Assembly (NCBI GenBank): GCA_963716945.1
Contig: OY970322.1
Coordinates: forward strand, 360,001-392,000
Direction of reading: 5' to 3'
DNA length: 32,000 nucleotides
Origin: Candidatus Saccharimonadota bacterium
GTDB taxonomy: Bacteria > Patescibacteriota > Saccharimonadia > Saccharimonadales > UBA4665
In this document: one piece after another, positions 20,182 through 30,400 of the stretch
Layout: the number at the start of each line of letters is the position of its first letter
Position numbering within the stretch: position 1 is the stretch's first letter
The notes under the pieces: model-generated
The model's input: the letters and a program-made list of their open reading frames with translations, nothing else
Told to the model about the DNA's origin: nothing
The model's database searches: none
Made by a program: the position numbers and the translations under genes

Positions 20182-21261
20182 ATGTCAGAGCGCCAGCGCA
20201 TCGGTCTTGATAATCCGGTGTTTAACGGCCGGCTGCGCCAGCGCACTCCTCAGTTTACCCGGACGCCGCCCCGAGGCGCCGCCTCAGCCGGCCACACCCG
20301 CGGAGCAGGCTATCCGGCCCGCCCCCGGATAGCCGCCGCGCCGGTTCGAAGGCCGGCCCGCGTGCCGGTGGCCGCCGCCCGCCAGGCCAAGCCCGCGCTA
20401 AGGCCCGCCGCAGCGCCAACAGCACTGTCCCGGCCGCCGGTTTTTGCCGTACCGCAAACCCAGCCGGCCCGGCCGGTGCCGGCGCCGCGCCAACAGCACT
20501 CAGAGGTCCTCAAACGCCAGTTTGTCCGCGCGCCCGGTTCGGCTTCGGGTCTTGAACGAAACGGCGGTCCAAGGCGCTGGTGGCGCTATTCCAAGCCGCA
20601 GCAGATGATCATAGGCATGGCCTGCCTGGTATTCGCGCTTGGTCTCGGCGTCAGCTTGCAGGCGCTGCTGACCAACCACAACGCCTCGGCTCAGGTGGCG
20701 GCCTTGTCCAAACAGGTAGACAACCAATCCGGCGGCTCCAATGGCGGCAGTTCGAGTTCGCTGCCCAGCACCACTAAACCGAGCAGCCAGGCCATCAGCA
20801 ACTACGCGGTGGCGCCCGACTTACCGCGTTATCTCGATATTCCCAAACTTAATGTTCACGCCAGGGTGATGCAGGTCGGTGTCACGACTTCCGGCGCTCT
20901 CGGCACCCCCAATAATGTTTTCGATACGGCCTGGTACACCGGCAGCGCCAAACCGGGCCAGCCCGGCGCTACGCTTATCGACGGGCACGTTTCCAGCTGG
21001 ACAACTCATGGAGTTTTTTACAACATTAAGCACCTGGTTAAAGGTGATAATATCCGAATCGTGCGCGGCGACGGCACGATTATCAATTACCAGGTAGTCA
21101 AGACCCAGGTCTACAATGCCGACAACGTTGACATGCAGGCGGCCATAACGCCGGTGACTCCTGGAAAGTCCGGCCTCAACCTGATTACGTGCACCGGCCA
21201 GGTCAAAAAAGGGACCAGCGAGTTTAATGAGCGGGTAATCGTGTTTGCCCAGCAGGTCTAG
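20182..21261 (+). CDS. Sortase (class F-like transpeptidase) with long Arg/Pro/Ala-rich N-terminal extension
   Basis: 359 aa. GAGGAGGA RBS precedes the ATG. TM MIIGMACLVFALGLGVSLQALL. Catalytic-domain pattern LDIPKLNVHARVMQVG...PGATLIDGHVSS...VFYNIKHLVKGDNIRIV...LNLITCTG...ERVIVFA supplies the His, Cys (TC motif) and Arg of sortases. Confidence 0.85.
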   Translation: MSERQRIGLDNPVFNGRLRQRTPQFTRTPPRGAASAGHTRGAGYPARPRIAAAPVRRPARVPVAAARQAKPALRPAAAPTALSRPPVFAVPQTQPARPVPAPRQQHSEVLKRQFVRAPGSASGLERNGGPRRWWRYSKPQQMIIGMACLVFALGLGVSLQALLTNHNASAQVAALSKQVDNQSGGSNGGSSSSLPSTTKPSSQAISNYAVAPDLPRYLDIPKLNVHARVMQVGVTTSGALGTPNNVFDTAWYTGSAKPGQPGATLIDGHVSSWTTHGVFYNIKHLVKGDNIRIVRGDGTIINYQVVKTQVYNADNVDMQAAITPVTPGKSGLNLITCTGQVKKGTSEFNERVIVFAQQV

Positions 21262-21377
21262 CGGCGCCAAACGGCCACCAACTATCTCATCTGTGAAACC
21301 GGCAAATCCGGCCACTCGGCCTTAAAGAGTTTTTAATAATCTGTGCATAAGTCGACCCATAATTGTGTTCAATTTTA

Positions 21378-21406
21378 TTGCACTCCTATGCAACAGGGGC
21401 TACAAT
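21378..21406 (+). promoter_or_regulatory. Candidate promoter TTGCAC-17-TACAAT for the giant gene
   Basis: TTGCAC 21378-21383, 17 nt, TACAAT 21401-21406, 65 nt upstream of ATG 21472. Confidence 0.5.
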
Positions 21407-21471
21407 ATAATCACGTCTTGTAGCACCTGCTTTTAGGCAGGGCATAAAAACAACACGCAAAACAAATCAAA

Positions 21472-24400
21472 ATGGCAATCGAAAACAACGGCTTAGACGG
21501 GGTTAACCAGGGACTGGATTATGATTCCAGCCTGGAAACCGGCACCGGCTTGACGCCGCCGCCCCAAGATACGCCGCCGCAACCGCAAGGCCATGCCTTC
21601 CGGCGGTTCTTTAGCGTGCCTTACCACCGGGCTTTGCTGCTGACTAATGCCATCATCATCGCCATCATCCTGCTGATTGGCGGAACTTTCTTCCTGCTGT
21701 CGGCTCACTCCAAACAACCCTCGAACGATTCGACGGGCAACAAGCCGACCAGCTATGCCACCTCGTCTTTGCCCGTCCAAAACGTCCAGACCAACGAGCA
21801 GCTCCAGATCAGCGAAGCCAACCAACTGTCCATCAACGGCCAGGTGACTATCGGTGACACGCTGGTTTTGTCGCCGACCGCTACGCCGGCCAGCCCGGTC
21901 ACCGGCCAGATATACTACAACCAGTCCAACAACACGCCGTACTACTACAACGGCAGCCAGTTCGTCAGCTTGGCACCGAACGCCGTGCCGCAACAGTACG
22001 TTTCTTCTCTGGGCGGCAGTGCCGGCGGCATAGGGGTCGGCAGCAGTTTAACGCTGTCAGGCAACCAGCTGAACGTGTCACCGGGTTTGCTGCAGACAAT
22101 TTCGTCGCTGTCTTCGACTACCGGCAGCCTAAGCGGTCCGCGGGTTACCAGTCTGCAGGGTTTGACCGGCGCGGTCACCTTGTCGGCCGGTCCCGGCATC
22201 AGCCTAAACGGTACGACCATTGCCAGCAGCGGGGTGTTAAGCCTGGTTTCGGGTTCGGCCAGCATTGCCGTTAGCAACAACGGCAACGGCAATTACACCG
22301 TCAGCGAGACGCCAAACGCCGGCGTAACCTTGCTGAACGGTTTGGGCGGTGTCCTGGTCCTGGCCAACTCGGCCGGTTCCGGCAGTACCATAACCATCGA
22401 CAACGCCGCAGCCGACGGGTCCACCAAAGGTATCGCTACTTTCAATTCGACTAACTTTACGGCCGCCGGCGGCGTGGTTAACACTATCCAGGACGTTGAC
22501 ATAGCGGCTACCCCGACGTTCGCCGGACTGACCGTCCAGGGGGCCGGCGGGCTGACAATCGGCCTTCCGGGTACGAATAACGGCCAGCTTAAACTGGCCA
22601 ATTCGACCGGCAGCCAAGAGGTCGTCTTGCAAGGCCTGAACCCCAGCGGCATCGGCGGCAACGCGACTATCGACTTCCCGAGCATTGCCGGCGGCACCAC
22701 CGATACGGTTTGTCTCTTCAGCCTGGGCAACTGTTCGGCGGCCGGCAACGGCGTGACCAGCCCTGGCGGCACCACCAACCAGGTCGCTAAGTTCACCGGC
22801 TCGAGGGTCGTCGGCGACTCCGGCATAACCGATGACGGCACCAACGTGACGATTGGCGGCGGAGAAGGACTGGTCGCCGGTACGATAACGGCTTCGACTT
22901 TGCAGAGTGCCGGTACGCTTAGCATTACCCCGGGCGCCAACCTAACCCTCGGTGCCTCCAACCACCAGTTCCTGCTGCAGGGCAACGGCGGTTCGACGCT
23001 GAGCGTCAGTTCCAGCGGCAATACGACGACGGTCGGGTTTGTCTTGCCGACCGCTAACCGGACAATTAACTTCCCGGATGAGTCAGGTACCGTCTGTTTG
23101 CAGAACTCGCCGAACTGCGGTTTCGCGGCCGGTGGCAGCGGCGTGACCTCCCTGAACGGCCTGACCGGCGTCCTGAGCATTGCCGATGCCACCGGTGCCG
23201 GTTCGACGGTCACCATCCAGGACGCTTCGACCAGCCAACTGGGCCTGGCCCAGTTTAACGCTTCCGACTTCACTGTCAGTTCCGGCGTAGTCGATACTAT
23301 ACAGGGGATTACGACCGGATCGAGCGTTCAATTCGGCAGCTTGACACTGGGCACTGGCGGCAATTTGAACGTATCCCCGACCGGCACGCTGTTCGTCGAC
23401 ACGATCAAGACCACGCTGACCGGCTCCGGCAATATCTCGATTTACTCCGATGGCGCCGGCAGCAATATAAACTTTTATACCGATGGCGGCGCTAACAGCT
23501 TCATGTTCCCGACCACCGGCGGTACCGGCCAAACTATCTGTACCAGCGGCATAACGTGTGCGTCGGGTGGCGGCCAGGCGGTCATTCTGGAGCCGGGCAC
23601 CGGCAGCGGTACGGTCCAGACGGCCAGCTCCAACCGCACGGCCATCTGGGTCAACAAGGCTTCCGGCAGCGGCAACCTGATCGAGCTGCAGGATGGCGGC
23701 AATGACGCTTTCGTGATCGATAACGCCGGCAACACCACGATTACGACCGGATCCGTAACGAATAACTTCTCGGTCGGCGGTACGCTTGGCGTTAACACGA
23801 TTACGCCGACCGGTTCGCTGACCATCGGCGCCACCAACCAGGCCTTCACGCTGCAGGGTAACAGCGGTTCGGTTATCACGGCTACCGGCGGCGGCGCGCT
23901 GACTTCGGTCGGCTTCGCTATCGGCAGCGGTCCGACGGCGCCGAATGGCAACGTCACCTACCAGTTCGAGAATGACAACAACGTTTCGCCCGGTACTTAC
24001 ACGGTTTGTACCACGGCCGGCAACTGCGCCGGTGTCGGCGGCAGTATTACCGGGACAGGTACGGCCGGCAAGCTGGCGGTCTTTACCGCGCCGGGTGCCA
24101 TCGGCAGCTCGATCATAAGCGATAACGGCAGCGGTACGGTGACGGTCGGCGGCAATCTGGCCGTCGGTACGAGCGGCGCCAGCCAGTTATCGCTGGGCGT
24201 GGCCTCCGGCGCTGACGGCACGCTGGTGTTCAATAACTCCACCAACAATAACCTGGTGACAATCCAGGAGGCGGCTGCGCCGGCGGGCAACGTCACTATC
24301 AAACTGCCGAACCAGAGCGGTACGGTGGCCGTGTCGGCCACCGGGCCCCTGTCGCTTGACGCGACCACCGGGCAGCTGTCGTGCGCCACCTGTTTGACGA

Positions 24401-27400
24401 GTGGCGGCGGCGGGGCCGGCGGCGTCACCTCCCTGAACGGCCTGACCGGCGTCCTGAGCATTGCCGATGCCACCGGTGCCGGTTCGACGGTCACCATCCA
24501 GGACGCTTCGACCAGCCAACTGGGCCTGGCCCAGTTTAACGCTTCCGACTTCACTGTCAGTTCCGGCGTAGTCGATACTATACAGGGGATTACGACGACT
24601 TCCAGCCCGACGTTTAATAATCTGACGCTGCAGGGTGCCACCGGTTTGACTATCGGTAGCGCGACCAACCTGGGCCAGCTGATGTTCAAAGACGGCACGG
24701 CCGACGGCTTCACGTCCAAGTTCAGTCCGGCTACCCTTACCGGCAACCAAACGATTACCGTACCGAACGCCTCCGGCACGCTGGCGGTGTCGGCTTCCGG
24801 CAACCTAAGCCTGTCGGCGCTGGGGGCTTTGACGATTACCAACAGCCCGACCTTCAGTGGCAACTTGACTGTCCAGGGCTCCGGCGGCATAACCGTCGGT
24901 ACCAACTCACAGCCCGGCAACTTGGTGCTTGAGGACGGCAACGGCGCCAGCAACCACACGGCCACGCTGCAGCCTTTCGCGACGCTCGGACAGGACACTG
25001 TCTACACCTTGCCGGACCCGGGCACGGGCACGGTTAACATCTGTCTTAGCACCGGTAACTGTGCCGGCGCCGGGGCAGGGGTCACGGCCAGCAGCCCGAC
25101 CCAGAATTACGTACCTAAGTTCGGGGTCGGCAATGTTATCGCCAACTCCGAGCTATACGATAACGGCTTCGTCGGGGTAAACACCGTTACTAATAAGGGC
25201 CAGCTGTCGGTAGTCAGCGGCGGTGCGGGCGAGAGCAGCCTCTACGTCCAGCAGAGCGCGGCCAGCGCCACCGTTCCCGTCGCTATTATCCAGGGCGGTG
25301 CCACGCCCGGCGCCGGCGCCGACTTATTGGATTTGAAGACCAGCAGCTCGGTAGTCGCCAAGTTCGACAATGCCGGCAACCTGAGCAACACCGGTACTAT
25401 TAGCGCCGGCACCGGTTTCCAGGTCAATGGCGCGGCGCCTTCGGGCGACTACCTGAGAGGCAACGGCACCAGTTATGTCGCCAGCGCGCTGCTGGCCGGC
25501 GACTTGAGCGGCACATTATTCAGTTTGCAAGCTAGCGGCGGCGCCAGCCAGGCGGTTGTTAGCGGCGGCACGGTTTCGATTCTGGCCGGCAGCAGCGGCA
25601 ATTTGACGACAACCGCCAGTGCCACCGATACGGTGACTGTCGATATAGTTAATAATCCGACTTTCACAGGTGATGTTACGCTCAGCGGGTCGGGTACCGG
25701 GTTAAGTGTCACTAACTCAGCTACGATCGGTAACGGCCTGACCGTTTCGGCCGGCGGCGCCGCCATAACCGGCAACTCGACAATTAACGGTACGCTTGGT
25801 TCGCTGACCGGCCTGAGTTCGTCCGGCACGATTACGTTTAGCGGCCTGGGCACCGGTGTTCTACAGGCCACGTCGGGCGTGCTTAGTGCTTACGGCGGGG
25901 GCCTGGTCACCGGTATAGTCGATGGCGTGGGCACCAGCCACAGCGGCGCCATAACGATTAGCAACTCTACCTATACCGGCCCCAGCACGATTACGATTAA
26001 CAATGCCAAAGCCGACGGCTCGACCAAGGGCATAGCGACCTTTAACGCGACCAACTTCCAGGATAACGGCTCCGGCGTCATCAATACCATCCAGGATATA
26101 TCGAGCAGTTCGTCGCCGACCTTCAGCAACCTTAATGTTCAGGGCTCCACCGGTTTGACCGTCGGCGTGGCCGGCAGCACGGTCGGCAACCTCATCCTGG
26201 CCAATGCTACCAGCGGCCGTGAAGTTATCCTGCAGGGCGCCAACCCGACCCTCGGTACCGGCGGCAACGCCACGATTACCATACCGTCCATAGCCGGCGG
26301 CGGCAGCGATACGGTCTGTTTGCTGACACTGGGCAACTGTACGGGGGGAACGGTTAGCGTTTCCGGCAGCGCTACCGCCAACTACGTAACCAAATTCACC
26401 GGTACGGGTAACGCCATTTCTACTTCGCAGATTTTTGACAACGGTTCGTTTGTCGGTATTAACACAACAACCAACAGCGGCCAGCTATCGGTAGTCAGCG
26501 GCAGTACCGGCGAAAGCGGACTGTACGTCCAGGAAAGCGCGGCCAGCGCCACCGTACCGGTAGCCGTTATCCAGGGCGGTGCCATGCCCGGCGCCGGCGC
26601 CGACTTATTGGATTTGAAGACCAGCAGCGCCCTGGTCGCCAAGTTCGACAATGGCGGCAACCTGCAGTTCCAGCAGGCCAGCACGGTGAACATAGCTTCG
26701 GCCGCCACCGGCACCCAGCTGACCGTTAAAGGCGGGTCCGCCACAGCCAGTACCAACGCCGGCGGCAATCTATTGCTGGAGGGCGGTGCCGGTGCCAGTA
26801 CCGGTGCCAGCGGCTCGGTTATCGTCCAGTCTAACGGTAATAACTCGACTACCGCTTTTGAAGTCCAAAACGCCGGCAGCCAAAACCTGCTCCAGGTCGA
26901 TACCGTTAATAACGGCATCACCTTGAACGGCGGCAACAGCGGCGCTACCAACAGCTGGTCTACCAACGCCAACGCCTTGCCGACCGCCTTGGCTTGCTCG
27001 ACTTCGGTCACCGCCAACGGCTACGTCTATCTCATCGGCGGCAACACCGCCGGTTGTGGCAGCGTCAGTGCCGTTTCCACCGTCTACTACGCCAAACTCA
27101 ACGCCGACGGCAGCACCGGTACCTGGACAACTAACGCCAACGCTTTGCCGGCCGCCCGCAACTGTGCCACTTCGGTCACCGCCAACGGCTACGTTTACGT
27201 TATGGGCGGTGCCAGCGGTTCCAGCAGCTGTAACGGCACCGTCCAGTCGACCGTCTACTACGCCAAACTTAACAGTGACGGCAGCACCGGTGCCTGGACC
27301 ACCGGTTCCAACCCGCTGCCGACGGCTCTAGCCTGTGCCACTTCGGTCACCGCCAACGGCTATGTCTACGTCATCGGCGGCGGCAGCGGCGCCAGTGGTT

Positions 27401-30400
27401 GTAACGGCACGGCCGTTTCTACCGTCTACTACGCCAAACTCAACGCCGACGGCAGCACCGGTGCCTGGACCACCAGCGCCAACCCGTTAACGGCCGCCCG
27501 CGCCTGTGCCACTTCGGTCACCGCCAACGGCTACGTTTACGTTATGGGCGGTGCCAGCGGCGCCTGCGGCGGCAGCGGCACCGTCCAGTCGACCGTCTAC
27601 TACGCCCAGCTTAACAGCGACGGCAGTACCAGCGGCTGGACGACCAACGCCAACGCCTTGCCGGCCGCCCGCGCCTGCGGCAGTTCGGTTGCGGCCAACG
27701 GCTATGTCTACTTCCTGGGCGGCAGCAGCGGCACCGGCGGAGCCTGTAACCTCGGTACCGCCCAGGCCACCGTCTACTACGCCCAACTAAGCAACAACGG
27801 CAGTACTGGTACCTGGACGACCAACGCCAACGCCTTGCCGACTGCCGAAGCCTGCACCAGTTCCATCACGGTCAACGGCTACATTTATGTCATCGGCGGC
27901 AGCACTGGCAGCAACGTGTGTGGCAGTGGTACTGCCGCTTCCACCGTTTACTACGCGTCGTTGGCCCGGATTACGGTCAATGCTTCGCTTGACCTGGTCG
28001 GTCTGCAGGGCGGTAACCTGTCTAACCCCGGCGATCAAAGCACGGGCTCGGCCGGCGGTTCATTGACGGCCGGCAACGGCCTGTTCGTTGGCAGCTTGCA
28101 GGTACAGGGGCAAACCAGCCTGGCCCAGGGCTTAGCTGTCAACGGCAATGTGACGGCTAACGGCTCGGCTCTCTTCCAGGATAATACCAACTCGACGACT
28201 GCCTTCCAGATCCAGGGGTCGGCCGGGTCGGCCGCCGCCGTCCTAACGGCTGACACGGTTAACAGCCGCATCGGCGTGGATGTTACTTACGCGGCCATGG
28301 GCGCACCCACCCAAAACAACACCAGTACTGCGACTACCGGCGGCACCTTGGCCGCCACGACTTATTACTATAAGGTTACCGCCCTAGATGCCGCCGGCGG
28401 CGAGAGCCTGCCTTCGAACGAGAAAAGCCAAGTTACCACCGGTTCCACAAGTACGGTTACCCTTACCTGGACCTCGGTAACCGGCGCCGTCGCTTATAAG
28501 ATTTACCGTGGTACCACGGCTCTGGGAGGTTCCGGCTCCGAGGTCTACCTGACCACGACTACCGGGACGGCCAGTGCAGGCAATCTTACGTATGTTGACA
28601 CGGGTTCGGTTACTGCCGGCGCTGCCACGCCGCCAACTTCGAACACGGCTTATGTCGCCACTAACACTTCCAGTAGCAACCTGCAATTGAGCGTCGGCGG
28701 CATCGGTACCCCGACCGGCCAGCTATACGTAGCCGGCCTGCTGCCGGCCTCTACTATCGGTAGCGTGAGCACCGGCACTGCCGTACAGGGGGTATACGTC
28801 CAAGGCCGCTACGCCTACACTGTTAGCAGCGGCACCAACACCTTGCAAGTCATTGACGTATCCAGTCCCAATACTCCGGTCAGCGTCGGCAGTGCCGCTG
28901 TCGGCACGTCTCCCGGTGGCGTCTATGTCCAAGGCCGCTACGCTTACGTTACCGGTACGGGTACCAACCTCTTCTTGGTCTACGATGTTTCCAATCCGGC
29001 CAGTCCGGCCAAAGTCGCCAGCCTTTCCACGGGCGCCAGTTCGACGCCGGGTCCGCTCTACGTCTCCGGCCGCTACGCTTACGTGGCCGACACCGGTACC
29101 GATAATATTCAAATATTCGACATTTCCAACCCTCTGACTCCGGTCAGTGTTGCTACCATCTCTACAGGTGCCTCGACCGTTCCAAAATCAATTTACGTCC
29201 AAGGCCGCTACGCTTACGTAGTCGCCACCACCTCGACTTTTGAAGTCTTTGATGTTTCCAACCCGGCCAGCCCAGTTATGGTCAGCGATGTTTCGACCGG
29301 CAGCCAAAGTCCCGCCGCCGTCTACGTCCAAGGCCGCTACGCTTACGTATCCGGTTCTGCCAGCAGCGGCAACTTCCAGGTCTTTGATGTTTCCAACCCG
29401 GCCAGCCCGGTCATAGTAGGTAGTACCTTAATCGCCAGTAACTCCTTTACCGGAGCGGGGATTTACGTCCAAGGCCGCTACGCTTACGTAACCAGCGGTT
29501 ACCCCGGCGTCAGCACGCCGGCTTTCTCCGCTGTCGACATCTCCGACCCGGTTGCGCCGCACGTAATCGGCACGACTATGACCACCAGTAGCACCTTTGC
29601 CCTAAAGACCGTCTATGTCCAAGGCCGTTACGCTTACGTAGGCGATAACGACGGGGGCACGCTGCAGATATTCGACTTGGGCGGCACCTACACGCAGGAG
29701 CTGCAGGCCGGCGGCATCGAGGCTAGCACCCTGCAGGTTGACTCTAACGCCTCGGTCGCCGGCGACGAGTCCATACAAGGCGGCTTGAGTCTGGGGGCTA
29801 ACCTCCAGGTAGCCGGCAACGCCGGTATCAACGGCAACCTTAACCTGACTGCCAGCACTATCAGTACGCCTACCGCGCCGACGCTTACTTCCAGCGGCAG
29901 CGGCGGTACTCTGGCCGCCGCGACATATTACTATCAGCTGGCCGCCGTTGGCGCCGACGGTACTACCGCCGCCGTGGCTTCCAGTCCGGCCAGCGTTACG
30001 GATAGCGGCTCCACCAGTAAGAACACCTTGACCTGGTCGGCGGTGACGGGCGCCACGGCTTACATAGTTTACGAGTCGACCAACGGCACGACCTGGTTTT
30101 ATAACGAAGTCACTTCCGGCACGACCTCGATAGTTGATAACGGCACTAACTTTACCTGGACAAACTCGGGCACGCCGCCGAGTACCTCGACGACCGGCGG
30201 TAACCTGACGGTTGGCGGTACGGTTCTGTTCCAAACCAAAGCCAACTCTACTACCGCTTTCCAAGTCCAAAACGCCGCCGGCAACAACTTCATCCAGGTA
30301 GATACCAACGGTGCCAACCTTTATCTTGGTAACACCGGCATCGCCAGCACGATCCAGGTCGGCAACACCACCGGGGCCGTTGCCCAGACTATCGATATCG

